A stretch of DNA of 64,000 nt, from IMG/VR virus record IMGVR_UViG_3300046804_001959; one strand, 5' to 3'. The DNA is from a virus (Duplodnaviria; Heunggongvirae; Uroviricota; Caudoviricetes). Position 1 is the first letter of the stretch. Each line of letters starts with the position of its first letter. Made by a program: the position numbers and the translations under genes. This document shows, in pieces, positions 54,401 through 64,000 of the stretch. The notes beneath the pieces were generated by a model. It was not told where the DNA came from. It did not search any database and saw only the letters and a program-made list of their open reading frames with translations.

Positions 54401-56830
54401 GGTCAGCGAGATAGGAACGTTTTGCGGGTAGTAAAGTGTGATGCTACCACCGGAGTATGTCTTGTTAAGATTAGAAACAAGAGTCATAGAAGTCGAGTTA
54501 GCGATCGTAGAGATCTGACCGTATGTAGTGTTACCACCAGTCGAGTTAGCTACAAGAACCCAGTCACCTGGAGCAAACTGTGCATTGAACAGTGTGCCTG
54601 TACCAGTAATAGTATTGGTGCTATTCACTGCTACAGAACCAGTAGCAGGAGCCTGTGACTTATAGTTACCGTTCGGGATTACGATCAGATCGCGCTTCTC
54701 TGAAGTGCTGAGATCGTCAGAGTATGGGAAGTACTGACCAGTCGGAAGGTTGAGTACGATGTAGCCGTTCGAGTTAGCAGTCTCGGCCGTATCAACTGTT
54801 CTATATTGATAAGTGATATTAGCTACGTTCGAAGTAGCGTTCTTTATCTTGAACAGAAGCGAAGAGTCGCGAGTATCTTGTAGAACTGCTTTGTTAAGCG
54901 TTGCATCGAGAACAACGTCTGCGATAGCTTTGTTGCCGCTTCCGTAATAGATGCTCTGTACGTTGCTGAACGTTTGACCTGCGTTCATGTTGATGTCGAA
55001 CAGATACATGCGATACTTACATGTGCTGCTACCAATATCTCCGTCTTGCCATGCAAAAGTACGGATACGTGCAGTACCGATCTTTGTGCCAGGATCAGTG
55101 ATAGTTGTGGCACCACTACTGATGTAGTTTGCAGCCGAACTGTGTAGTTCTACTTGAGAACCGAAGTCAAAGTTGAACGAACCAGCAAGCTCATCGACTA
55201 CTACGTAGTTACCATAACCGAGGCGCGTTTGAGCAGTCGGTTCGTTGAGCTTTGTCGTGCCCTTGTCCATGCTCTGCTTGTAGTTATCGATAGTTTCGAT
55301 ACGAATACCGTTGATGTATGCTTTACCTGGATCGATCGTTAGCTTGAAGAGGTCGCTGGTTTCTGAAAATGTTGCCGAGTCCTTCGACAGAGTAAGGAAC
55401 TGATCGATAACGTAGTTACCTGACTCTTCGAACGTTCTCTTTGCTAGCTGACGATTGATAACGTTGTAGACTGTGTCTTGGTTTACACGATACGCTCTGC
55501 CGTCAGTGAACTCGATGATCGGAAGGAACTCAGTGTTTGCATCTGCAACTGTCTTATCGAGAACCTTGATGACAGGAGTTAGCTTCAGACGATCTGCACC
55601 TGGAGCAGCATAGTTGAATGTTCCAGTTGCGTTGTCGAGTAGAGTCTGATCTTGGCTCGAGTTAATGATCGATTCGTTGGTGTAGAAACCTACTGACTTA
55701 TCGAAGCCAGTATTCGAGTACTTGCTAACGACCTCGAACTGAGAAGCAACGCGCGAGAAGAATCCCTTTTGATAGATGGTTCCTTCACCGATCGTTACAC
55801 CGTATCCTGTGCCGATAGGAAGCGCTGTAGCATTAGCTACCTGAATGTTTGTCAGGAAGGTCTCAGCAGCCAGTTCAAGTTCTTGTAGTTCGGTCGATGT
55901 AAATGTAGAAGTCGTTGAGTTGTTCGAGATAGTTACGTATGGTTCTACGTAGTAACCTGAACCTTCGCCTACAACTTGAATCGCTGTGACTTTACCGAGA
56001 GAGTCAGTTGTGATAGAACCTACTGCTCCAGAACCGACCACTGCAACTACGTTGGCAGATACGCCTGAAGTTACGTTGCGGATCGATTCACCAGCAGAGA
56101 ATCTCCACTTGATAGTGTTAGCAGATTGTAGGTCAACCCATTCAGGACGAACCTTCAGGATAAGAGCTTCTGTGTTGGCGGTCGAGTTTGCTTCAACGAT
56201 AACCGCGTTAGCGATACCGTTCTGAATGACTGAACCAGCAGTAAAGCTAGCTGCAGCAGCTGCTCCACCTGTCGAGTTCTGAACCGCAAGAGCAGACATC
56301 ACGACTACAGTGTCGCTGTTACCGAACTTCGAAGATCCGTCGTTGACGCGAATGTTAAAGATAGGGTATGACTTGTTGAATACGGTCAGAGTTTCGCCAG
56401 CAGCGAACGAATCTGTGTTGCTGTCTGAACCAGAACTGATGTAACGAACGTACAGAGTGTTGAGGTCGGGAGCCTGTGATTGCAGCCCGGCAACAGTCTT
56501 GACAACGTATGCTTCTACGTTGCTAGAATTTCTTACGTATAGGTTTTGATAAAGAGAAACATCTACTTGCAGACCGTCAGTAGACAAGTCGTTGATCTTA
56601 ATGTAAGGAACCATGTCATGTTTGGTGATCGTGCAGCCGTCGATGATCGTGCCACGCTTGAAAACGTTGTCACCAAACTTCTCGATCTGGTTCTGTAGGA
56701 TCGACTGGAGTTGATTAAGCTCGCGAGCCTGAACGGCGACGCCAGGCTGGAACAGAACTCGATAGAAGTCCTTCGAAACGCTGAAGTCGTCGTAATAAGG
56801 AGATACGTTTAGGTCTGTCTGCAGAGCCAT
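51401..56830 (-). CDS. Large baseplate/structural protein (VrlC / DUF4815-like, 1809 aa)
   Basis: DLNVSPYYDDF..KDFYRVLFQPG.AVQARELNQLQSILQNQI; APGADRLK; RTFEESGNY; RRYTMADIG; FKFGFFVDPF. Confidence 0.88.
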   Translation of the reverse strand: MALQTDLNVSPYYDDFSVSKDFYRVLFQPGVAVQARELNQLQSILQNQIEKFGDNVFKRGTIIDGCTITKHDMVPYIKINDLSTDGLQVDVSLYQNLYVRNSSNVEAYVVKTVAGLQSQAPDLNTLYVRYISSGSDSNTDSFAAGETLTVFNKSYPIFNIRVNDGSSKFGNSDTVVVMSALAVQNSTGGAAAAASFTAGSVIQNGIANAVIVEANSTANTEALILKVRPEWVDLQSANTIKWRFSAGESIRNVTSGVSANVVAVVGSGAVGSITTDSLGKVTAIQVVGEGSGYYVEPYVTISNNSTTSTFTSTELQELELAAETFLTNIQVANATALPIGTGYGVTIGEGTIYQKGFFSRVASQFEVVSKYSNTGFDKSVGFYTNESIINSSQDQTLLDNATGTFNYAAPGADRLKLTPVIKVLDKTVADANTEFLPIIEFTDGRAYRVNQDTVYNVINRQLAKRTFEESGNYVIDQFLTLSKDSATFSETSDLFKLTIDPGKAYINGIRIETIDNYKQSMDKGTTKLNEPTAQTRLGYGNYVVVDELAGSFNFDFGSQVELHSSAANYISSGATTITDPGTKIGTARIRTFAWQDGDIGSSTCKYRMYLFDINMNAGQTFSNVQSIYYGSGNKAIADVVLDATLNKAVLQDTRDSSLLFKIKNATSNVANITYQYRTVDTAETANSNGYIVLNLPTGQYFPYSDDLSTSEKRDLIVIPNGNYKSQAPATGSVAVNSTNTITGTGTLFNAQFAPGDWVLVANSTGGNTTYGQISTIANSTSMTLVSNLNKTYSGGSITLYYPQNVPISLTNKASKWANVDSSNSQVMTIYFGNNVANATSNAAASMPVSVVYNAQRNNVSSAAKTSNRGNYARIVIANNNSAGIRGPWPLGVSDVYRLRGVWKADGSSRDVTFDVSTGITGSGTANAFITIASNPFANGDAVVYSNTAGVGRVGGLTNATTYYVVYANTSGFSLASTRGGANLTLYSNSSSTHKFTGNAIYFTETTNGVTDVTNQFYIDSRQNEDFLDISRLVRKPRYDTLATTDVLLVKFDAFTSASGVKTISSYNIVDTANLTTLVSDTGVNTMEIPEFVGKNGTYYDLRDYADMRPAAANTINYITNISAVASGANAASIINPTLPSNTNYFASATSYFPVPDSTMTANISSYLGRLDRVVINSTGGFEIRAGEPSTTPVVPPDQDNSLTLQIYNIPPYPSLPESLSTDMISIIDTKVQSDATGKRKANYTVKPLISAAERTRIQQRRYTMADIGSLDKRIKDLEYYVSFTLAEALAKARFIPSGLDAAVDRFKFGFFVDPFTDYNYSEVGHAEFYSSIREDQLGPFLKELNLQFMPDGGGQYEGILTLPYVEVSIGEQTGITNGPAPVVEANTVANTVTTVANTTGDVTVTTVTQRIDTVIQSQRSTSHSDSGSVYEEFTYTFSSFPGPVEFYINSQDNVMSASVYQSSTPNGPWSLTTNSLTAQAITDADVARIYQISSLNDGKPIEHKGSLDYKSYPSGIDSGHFWEDQFKMLWTHDPAAGQYVKIRIYKGDHHSGFLGGGGSNSGKFGYLMKYPTDSVSTEIRTVPNPNTFEYTGIVHSISPDTFTVSEGFSFNYGWDLFGGGAGGYAEAYMADSQRFTISVSGLKPNTNHTFTFDGEDKTSKCSQVRTSTTNTAGLRSDANGVLVFDFYYDAGLDEAGTDVEARNRAIASIAGQKRFSVQNGDSTSRGAGVITMSYYTNNPTGYDYLNISPSTTATSTSSTATNNTPPATTSGAAAYTDATAATGSYNVLTIDLNKQLEIEIARAMSGIYF

Positions 56831-56834
56831 CTAA

Positions 56835-59258
56835 TTAAAACTCCAATACTATCTTTATAATTTCTGATTTGTTATCGTTACGCGTAATAGGATCGAGATT
56901 TTCCAGGTATAGAACCTCACCGCTTCCTACTACAAAGTCTCCAGGGTATTTATTCAACAATGGAGATAGCTCTGCGTTTGATACAGTCCCTGCGATATCT
57001 CTTACACCACGAGGATCGAGGTTAAAGATACCAAACTTATTACTGATCCAAAGGATATCGTCTCCGACTGTCGTTTCAAGGTGGTGAACTTTACCACGTG
57101 GCATAGCGTACGAGATGAGACTTTCTTGTTGGATCTCTTCGTCTTCGAGGAACGGAACGCTTCCTGAGCTGAAAGTACCGATCAGTCGTGTTAGCTGACG
57201 TGAGTAGTTGAAAGCGCTGGCGTTTCTATCGTTGATCTCGATAGTACCCGATATTTCAGCTGTGGTTCCTGATACAGTCACGACGGTATCGTTGTACATA
57301 CCGCCTACACCGATGATTCTGCTTCCGGTGGTGAACACACCTGCTACGTTAGATAGAGAGATCTGACTTGCACCAGAGTATGAAACGATGCCGCTCGCTT
57401 CGAGAACGATGGCTGAGACTTCGCAGTCGTCTGCGGTAAACGAACTGTCAGTGTTAGCTACAGTGATTCGATAGTCTGTAGGAACGTTGGATACTGTAGA
57501 GATGAAGTTGTTCGATCCATCTGTAACCAGTACGTAGTCACCTACAGAGAAAGCATCTTGGAAAGTAGGTGTATCAGGGTTTGCAAGAGCTACAGTGATA
57601 ACACCGTTCGATCCGCCTGCATCTCCGTTGATCGTTACGAGCGGAGCAGAAGTGTATCCGGATCCAGTATTCGAGAACGAGACGGATGTGATAACGCCCG
57701 AACCGTTGTTCGCGAAGGTAGCTGCTGCTCCTGTACCACCAGTTCCTGAGTTATTGAACACGAGTTGGTTGTTTGCAGTGCTGTTATAGCCTGTGCCGCC
57801 GCTTGCGATAGTAGCTGTAGAAGAAAGAACACCGAAGTTAGTCTTCTGAATCATCGTGCTGCTGACGTTAACGCTTACGTTACCGTGCAGCTTTAGCTTT
57901 CTGTACTGATAAACCTTTTCTCCTACGGAGAAACCTGGACCTACTTGACCGGTTAGGTTGATATCGACGTTGGTGAATTCTGGATTCTTGATCAGACCTA
58001 CTTGACGGAAATCGTTCTCTGTAGGAATGATTCCGCTTTCGCTGTTGATGAACTTGGCACTTAGACATACTCTCTTCGCGAATAGCTCGTTGTACGGATC
58101 AGATCCATGTCCATTTTTTGGAGAGATGATCGGACGTAGAGATGCAGGAGAGAAGTAAGCAGAGCTCGATACCACCTCAGGAAGTTGAATGTACGTCTCA
58201 TCGAAGATCGACGGTGGAATCGAGATTGGCTGTTCAGAGACGTAGCTTTCTGCCTTACGATAGTTTTCACCGACGTTGAGCAGTTCAATACGACTGATGC
58301 TGTTGGTAGAAGCAGCATCGATGTACACGATGCCTTCTGCAGGAGTGGACTCTTCGCCGTCACCCCAGATGAAAGCGTAAGGATATACTTCGTAAGTATC
58401 TCCAGCCGTAGGAGTATGAAGGAAAGCTGCGTCAAGGATAAACTTCTTCTGTACTGCAGTGCCTTCGTAGTTAACGATTCTTCTGTACTCGCCGGTAGCT
58501 ACTCCAGAGGTGATCTTAATAACACAACCTTGATAGTAGTCATCGATCGATACTGCTGTGGCTGGTGCACCGTAGAATGTAGGGATACCACCGACGGTGA
58601 TGTCTGCAGAGAGGAACGTTCCTGCTGCGATGTAGTTATCGTATCCTGCGCCGGCGTCTTCTACTTTGACAACTTCGATAGTTCCTCGAGTTGCACCTTC
58701 GATAACATCGTTGTTGGCGATGATAGGGATATACTGAGATGTAGCGAACTTCTCGTACTGTGTCTTGGTGATGGTGTACATGTACTTCCATACATACCCG
58801 TCGCCCGTCTCAACTGGGTTCAAGTCAGCTGCACTTCCTACACGAGAAGGAGCGACTGTCGATCTTCTTGTTACATTGTTGCTGCTGTTGTTGAACAGAC
58901 ACTTCCAGACGTTGTACTCTGTATCGTCATCGACTGTAATGAAGAAAGCTTTGCTTTCAAGAGAGCCATCGAGATGATCGTACATATCGTAGTATGTGTT
59001 AGATGTCCACAGATACTTGTGAGTCATATGAACTACATCATCAGAAGATACTCTCTTCGCGAAGATCATGTTATCATAGACTTCTGTGTCAGTAGCATAT
59101 ACGCTATTGTTCGGCACAGGAATATTAGTATCGCTTCCAGGGAAAGGAACGTGACGAGCAGCATACACAAAATAGTCGTTGTTAGCGAAGCTATTGATGA
59201 AGTTGGCTGCAGCCGATACGTTGAAGTTACTCGTTACGAGTTTCTGGGTTACTGACAT
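56835..59258 (-). CDS. gp8: Baseplate wedge subunit gp8-like
   Basis: YDMYDH, FFITV, NVWKCLFN, GDGYVWKYMYTI, NDFRQVGLIKNP, GEVLYLENLDPITR..KSEIIKIVLEF. Confidence 0.88.
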   Translation of the reverse strand: MSVTQKLVTSNFNVSAAANFINSFANNDYFVYAARHVPFPGSDTNIPVPNNSVYATDTEVYDNMIFAKRVSSDDVVHMTHKYLWTSNTYYDMYDHLDGSLESKAFFITVDDDTEYNVWKCLFNNSSNNVTRRSTVAPSRVGSAADLNPVETGDGYVWKYMYTITKTQYEKFATSQYIPIIANNDVIEGATRGTIEVVKVEDAGAGYDNYIAAGTFLSADITVGGIPTFYGAPATAVSIDDYYQGCVIKITSGVATGEYRRIVNYEGTAVQKKFILDAAFLHTPTAGDTYEVYPYAFIWGDGEESTPAEGIVYIDAASTNSISRIELLNVGENYRKAESYVSEQPISIPPSIFDETYIQLPEVVSSSAYFSPASLRPIISPKNGHGSDPYNELFAKRVCLSAKFINSESGIIPTENDFRQVGLIKNPEFTNVDINLTGQVGPGFSVGEKVYQYRKLKLHGNVSVNVSSTMIQKTNFGVLSSTATIASGGTGYNSTANNQLVFNNSGTGGTGAAATFANNGSGVITSVSFSNTGSGYTSAPLVTINGDAGGSNGVITVALANPDTPTFQDAFSVGDYVLVTDGSNNFISTVSNVPTDYRITVANTDSSFTADDCEVSAIVLEASGIVSYSGASQISLSNVAGVFTTGSRIIGVGGMYNDTVVTVSGTTAEISGTIEINDRNASAFNYSRQLTRLIGTFSSGSVPFLEDEEIQQESLISYAMPRGKVHHLETTVGDDILWISNKFGIFNLDPRGVRDIAGTVSNAELSPLLNKYPGDFVVGSGEVLYLENLDPITRNDNKSEIIKIVLEF

Positions 59259-62200
59259 TTATTCCTCTACCGTCTTTGTCAAGAAGTGTCCAGCAGTCGC
59301 GCTGCTGCTGGTGCTACCATTCGCTGTTATATTTATAGGACTTCCGTTGGCTGTCAGTGACAGTTTCACTGTGTTCGGAGTAGTATTGACTACGTAGTAA
59401 GAAGTAGCGTTCGTAAGTCCTTGAACTTCTGTGTTCGAAGTCGTGTAGAACACTGTATCGCCGTTTGCAAACGGGTTGATCAGTCTCGTCAGAGTATGCA
59501 GTTCTAGCGTATTGCTGATGGCTGCAGTGTTCAAGTTAAGAGCGTCACCACCTCTTGTTTCCGAGATCTTAATTCCAGTCGTATTCGCGAATACTACATA
59601 GTAGTAAGCATTATTCGACAAACTAGAAGTTCCGTCGCCAGTAGGAATAGTTTGCGCTTCTGTCGTGGTATACTGTAAATAATCATGTACATTAAATACC
59701 TGACTGTTATAATACGGATTAACCGTTAGTGATATAAAGTCCGTATCATTGTTCACATCCATAACTTTAAACGTGTACCAAGCGTCTTCGATGTCCAGTT
59801 GAATTCTATCGTTGACCGTCGAGACGTCGTCGACAGAGTTGAACTGTACTTGCTGACCCGTGGAGATGCTCGACACTGCCAGAGCAGCGTTCGCTTCTTC
59901 CACGATCATCGCAGAACCGAAGAACTTCGAACCAGAAAGGTGCATGACTTTCTTGAACATGTCTGCATATCTATCTACCGAGATCTTCGATAGGATTTCG
60001 TAAGAGTATTCTTGGTAGTAGTCACCGTCGTGAATGTAGATATCGTCAGACAAGAACCCCTTCGAGCTGCGATAGAATCCTTTACCGATACCGTGGCCGT
60101 CAAGGACCATCTTTGCTGTACCAGCACGAAGGTTGTCTTCTGATACGAAGTCTACGATCTCTCCGTTCGAGTATGCAAATCCTGAGTCGATGACCTGTAG
60201 AGCCGTAACTTCACCGTTCGAAGTCACAACGTTTGCTGTGATATCTGCATTCAACCCGATCGGATACAGAACTGTATCATCTTCTGTTACACCGATGACG
60301 TCTGCTTCTGCACCCGTCACTTCACCGATCATTGTTCCACCAGCTTGCCACGTGTTCTCGAACGTAATTCTCTTGGCAAGAACATGAGTTGCGTTGCTCG
60401 ACTTGACGATCGCCTTTGCAGTCGAAACGATCTCGAAGAGAGACACGCTCGAGATCAAGCCGTTTGCAGTCGGAACAGTGTAAGAATATAGGATAGCATT
60501 GTTGGTGATTGCTGCAGTGTTAGCAGTGATTCTAACGTAATCGCCTGTGGTGTTCGAGAAAATCGATGACACAGTGGCGTTGACGATGTTTCCACCTACG
60601 TTCTGGAAGAGTCTATCTTTTGGAAGGTAACCAGGAAGAGTAGCGATGGTGTGTGATTCACCTCCAGATGAGTTGGCAGTGATGTTGATCGAAGATCCTC
60701 CCATCGTAGAAGACAGTTTGAAACTGACTGTATTCGCTTCGACTACGTAGTAAGTAGCGTTTGCGGTTAGACCGCCGATAGCAGTGTTACCCGTAGGAAT
60801 CTTGTATTGAACGATTTGGCCGTTCGCGAACTCGTTGGTATAGCTACGCAGTTGGTGACCAGAAATATCTGGGTTGTAGTATCTCAGGAAGTGGCCATCA
60901 GAACCAGGAGCAAGAGCAGTGATATCGGCATTCGAACCGCTTGCTGTAGCCGAGAGCGCAAGACCTGTGCTGTTAGCATAACGTACGTAGTACAATGTCT
61001 CGGCTGTAAGTCCAGAAAGAGCAGTAGTTCCTGGAGTTACTACGTATCTTACTTGATCGCCGTTTGCAAACAGACTGTTAGCAGAAGCAATTAGGATGAA
61101 GTTATTGCTGTTCTGAATACTGGTGTTCGAGTTGAACTCAGCTATATTTGAGCTCTGTGTGATGTTCACCTTTGCCGCAGTGTTTCCTGCTTCGGTCGTA
61201 AGAGTTACACCAGTTGTGTTCGAAGATAGCACGTAGTAGTAAGTGTTGTTCGACAGACCAGTGACAGCAGTGTTACCTGTATCTGTAAAGTAGCGAACAA
61301 GATCGTTAGCAGCAAACTCGTTACCGGTGATGGTAATGAAGTCAGTGTTCGAGTTTACTTCGTCTGTCGGGTTGAAAGTCGACGTGATGTTACGATAGAA
61401 GATAGCGTTCGAAGTGCTGTTGACTTCGTACTGCGACTGAACGGTAAACGTCTTGGCATCGTAAGTGTTGCTGTATGCACCAGATGAAACCTTCAGGTCG
61501 TAGAACTTGAGGTTGGCTTGTGACTGGTTGACGATCTCGCCGACAGCAAAGTTTCTTGTGGCGTTCTCATAAGAGATCACCAAGTCTTTTCTATCGAAAG
61601 CAGAGATGTATGGCTGGTATGCAAGAACGAACGGATCGATGTTGTAGTCTGTACCAGGATTGACTTGGTTGAGAGATCCGATGATGCCGATCTCGAATCT
61701 ACCAAACGTCAAGCATGCGTAGAGGTTGTCGAGTAGATTACCTTCTGGATTCTTTTCGAAACCAAATGCATCGCTTGACAGAAGCTCTGAAGCGAATACC
61801 TGATTGGCCTGTGTAAGAGTAGCAAGTTCTCCTACTGCAGTGACAGAGGTGTTGACAAGATTGTTACCGTATACTCTGATCGTGCTGTTGGCAGGAGTAG
61901 AAGTCGTGTTGGTATAACCAAAGTCTCTGATAGGATCTTTGATCTTGAGTGCTGATGCACCAACTTCGTACACTGTACCATGCGCTACCTTGTACAGATA
62001 GTGACCGGTTTGATTCGCTCTCGTCGCTGCGAATGCAGGGATATTAAACGACGTATTAGCGAACGTTTCACCTGGATAACTTGTACTGTTGATGTGTACG
62101 TACTTGTTCGCTGTCTGTGACAGAATAAGACCACTAGTGTTCGAGAAGACTACATGATAGATCTGGTTGTTTACAAGACCAGTCACTGCAGTGTTACCAG

Positions 62201-64000
62201 TCGCTACTTCGTAAGTTACTTGATCGCCGGCGATGTAGTACGTATTGGCATTAGTGATCGTAATGAAGCCAGAAGTAGCGTTGACTGCAGTCGATGGATT
62301 GAACGATCTTCTACGAACCTGCTGATAGATCTTTTGACCTACTGCAAAACCTGTGTTCGAAGTAACAGAAAGCTGCACGCGACTATAGTCGAGAGTGTCT
62401 TTGCTGTTAGCTGAGATAAGATCTGTACCAACGAAGATGACTTCGGTCTCGCCGATAGTACCTACACCGAAACCTGCACCCGATCCATAACTGATCGATG
62501 CAATGTTTGCACCTGTGTTCGATAACGGAGCGATGATGCGAGCAGGATACGATCTTACGTAGTCTCCTCCTTCGATATCGAGAGAGTACGTAACGATCTT
62601 GAAGTTATCTGTATTCGAGTTGGTGTATACGGTATCAGTTTCGTTCCAGTAACCTTTACGTGAAACGAAAGTTACGTTACCAGTGTTCGTCGCTGCGCTG
62701 TAGTTGACCGTGATCACCTGACCTTCAGAAACCAGGTTACCAGAAGTGTTGTAAACGTAGATGTTGTTGGCAAACGTTACGTTGTTCGAAGAGCATGAGT
62801 TGAACTGAATGACGTGTACTTGCTTCTTGATATCGTACAGACCTGCGTTCAGGTTCACGTGGCTAACGTTAGCGTAGATCTCGGTGTTGCTCTGGTTTAC
62901 AAGACGATACGTAAGACCATAACTGTGTGTGTTGTTAGTTACGGTAGTAGAAGCGTTCGATGAGAGAGTCAGCGCTGTCGAGTTGACAATCGAAGAAACG
63001 TTACCGAGAGCAACGTTGCTGCTACTGTAAAGAGTAGCGTTTAGATAGTTGTTGCTGAATGCAGTAGAAGTACCGGTTACAACGTTACTAGTATTAGAAG
63101 TCGTGATGGTTCCTGTACAGGCTTTGTAATCCCAGTCAGCCATTCTCTTACTGTTCTTGAACACGCCGCGGGCATCAGTAACAGTAAGAACTGTACCATC
63201 CGTGAGAGAAACCACGTTAGCTACCGTTGCAGTACCGATGGCGGCACTTGAATTAACTTGCATGATCACATCGCCTACCATGAAAGGAGTAGACGGAGTA
63301 GTGATCGTAACGAAGTAATCTGTAGGAGTATTCATGAACTTGCCAGACATCGACTTATCTTCGACGCTATCGGCATGGAAAGAGATCACATTACTCGTTG
63401 TATAGTAAGTGGCGTTGGGAACGAATACGCCTGCGCTATGTGAAACAGAGATGTAACCGTTTGTGTTAGATGAAGCGGATACTTCTAGAACTCGTCCTTC
63501 AGCTGCGAGTTGACCGTTAGCAGCATAGCGATATACGGTGTTGCCTACGCTAACGTTCGAAGACGTTGCACTATAACCGATGTTGACTACTGGTTGAATA
63601 CCACGTTCGAACAGACGATAGTATTGCCCGCTCGTATAGTCCGGAGTAACGTAGTCGAGGTTGAGAACCTTTTCAGAGATGATCGACTCGGCGTTGAGAG
63701 TATAACCGTATCCACCGTCTACGAAGATAAAGTCTACGAGACCAGCTTCCGAGTTAACTGATTCGACTCGTGCCAAACCACCGATGCCACGGTCGCTATT
63801 CGTAAACCTTACGATATCCCCGACTTCAAAATTGCGGCCGCGAGTTTCTACTACCACTCTCTTGACAGAGCCGATAAGCTTGGCTCTTTTACTGATGTCG
63901 AACTCTGGATTGTTGTTTATGTTTACACCGATGACTTCGCCGTTCTGAAAATCACCTTCTCTTCCAGAGATGTACAGAAGATTAACGTATCCTTTACCAG
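59259..64000 (-). CDS. gp7: Baseplate wedge initiator gp7-like, 5'-truncated by the window edge
   Basis: Frame is open to base 64000 (the track's GTG start at 63857 is internal). DGDYYQEYSYEI, YADMFKKVMHLSG.KFFG, GGYGY motifs. Confidence 0.75.
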   Translation of the reverse strand, partial: GKGYVNLLYISGREGDFQNGEVIGVNINNNPEFDISKRAKLIGSVKRVVVETRGRNFEVGDIVRFTNSDRGIGGLARVESVNSEAGLVDFIFVDGGYGYTLNAESIISEKVLNLDYVTPDYTSGQYYRLFERGIQPVVNIGYSATSSNVSVGNTVYRYAANGQLAAEGRVLEVSASSNTNGYISVSHSAGVFVPNATYYTTSNVISFHADSVEDKSMSGKFMNTPTDYFVTITTPSTPFMVGDVIMQVNSSAAIGTATVANVVSLTDGTVLTVTDARGVFKNSKRMADWDYKACTGTITTSNTSNVVTGTSTAFSNNYLNATLYSSSNVALGNVSSIVNSTALTLSSNASTTVTNNTHSYGLTYRLVNQSNTEIYANVSHVNLNAGLYDIKKQVHVIQFNSCSSNNVTFANNIYVYNTSGNLVSEGQVITVNYSAATNTGNVTFVSRKGYWNETDTVYTNSNTDNFKIVTYSLDIEGGDYVRSYPARIIAPLSNTGANIASISYGSGAGFGVGTIGETEVIFVGTDLISANSKDTLDYSRVQLSVTSNTGFAVGQKIYQQVRRRSFNPSTAVNATSGFITITNANTYYIAGDQVTYEVATGNTAVTGLVNNQIYHVVFSNTSGLILSQTANKYVHINSTSYPGETFANTSFNIPAFAATRANQTGHYLYKVAHGTVYEVGASALKIKDPIRDFGYTNTTSTPANSTIRVYGNNLVNTSVTAVGELATLTQANQVFASELLSSDAFGFEKNPEGNLLDNLYACLTFGRFEIGIIGSLNQVNPGTDYNIDPFVLAYQPYISAFDRKDLVISYENATRNFAVGEIVNQSQANLKFYDLKVSSGAYSNTYDAKTFTVQSQYEVNSTSNAIFYRNITSTFNPTDEVNSNTDFITITGNEFAANDLVRYFTDTGNTAVTGLSNNTYYYVLSSNTTGVTLTTEAGNTAAKVNITQSSNIAEFNSNTSIQNSNNFILIASANSLFANGDQVRYVVTPGTTALSGLTAETLYYVRYANSTGLALSATASGSNADITALAPGSDGHFLRYYNPDISGHQLRSYTNEFANGQIVQYKIPTGNTAIGGLTANATYYVVEANTVSFKLSSTMGGSSINITANSSGGESHTIATLPGYLPKDRLFQNVGGNIVNATVSSIFSNTTGDYVRITANTAAITNNAILYSYTVPTANGLISSVSLFEIVSTAKAIVKSSNATHVLAKRITFENTWQAGGTMIGEVTGAEADVIGVTEDDTVLYPIGLNADITANVVTSNGEVTALQVIDSGFAYSNGEIVDFVSEDNLRAGTAKMVLDGHGIGKGFYRSSKGFLSDDIYIHDGDYYQEYSYEILSKISVDRYADMFKKVMHLSGSKFFGSAMIVEEANAALAVSSISTGQQVQFNSVDDVSTVNDRIQLDIEDAWYTFKVMDVNNDTDFISLTVNPYYNSQVFNVHDYLQYTTTEAQTIPTGDGTSSLSNNAYYYVVFANTTGIKISETRGGDALNLNTAAISNTLELHTLTRLINPFANGDTVFYTTSNTEVQGLTNATSYYVVNTTPNTVKLSLTANGSPINITANGSTSSSATAGHFLTKTVEE

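Noticed and set aside
58185-59255. Long plus-strand ORFs (e.g. 58185-59255, 50611-51429, 6231-6887, 5607-6215, 35137-35799)
   Set aside because: Antisense shadows of well-supported minus-strand genes caused by biased codon usage. No RBS or recognisable motifs.
63855-63857. GTG start for the gp7-like gene
   Set aside because: The frame stays open to the window end, so the real start lies outside the window.

Overview
This 64-kb window is part of a large T4-like (contractile-tailed, dsDNA) phage genome with the gene order seen in marine/freshwater and alphaproteobacterial T4-like myoviruses. The host cannot be determined from this window. Almost all genes are on the minus strand. Reading by coordinate: (1) 1-5362, a nucleotide/DNA-modification block with two paralogous HhH-fold base-modifying transferase-like genes, a UDG-superfamily protein, a T4 gp42-like dCMP hydroxymethylase, a DUF1599-like protein, a MazG-like pyrophosphatase and peptide deformylase. 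(2) 5580-12085, gp46/gp47, late sigma gp55, UvsW, UvsY and gp3. (3) 12206-27357, head, tail, terminase and neck genes gp23-gp13, with a Coq4-family gene inserted between gp17 and gp18. (4) 27444-34856, an accessory enzyme island with three 2OG-Fe(II) oxygenases, two glycosyltransferases (one resembling hydroxyproline GlcNAc-transferase, GT60), two sulfotransferase-like proteins, a membrane desaturase and two paralogous unknowns. Its minus-strand genes directly follow the fibre genes as a tightly coupled run. (5) 34879-64000, fibre and baseplate genes. The most striking observations are a fibre-associated protein whose two 27-unit repeat arms are mirror images of each other at the protein level, a candidate phage-encoded virion hydroxylation/glycosylation/sulfation pathway, a repeated N-/C-terminal motif pattern linking adjacent fibre genes, and the cytosine-hypermodification cluster. 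All assignments are by motif recognition and recall; no database search was run. No tRNA, rRNA, CRISPR array or IS element was recognised.
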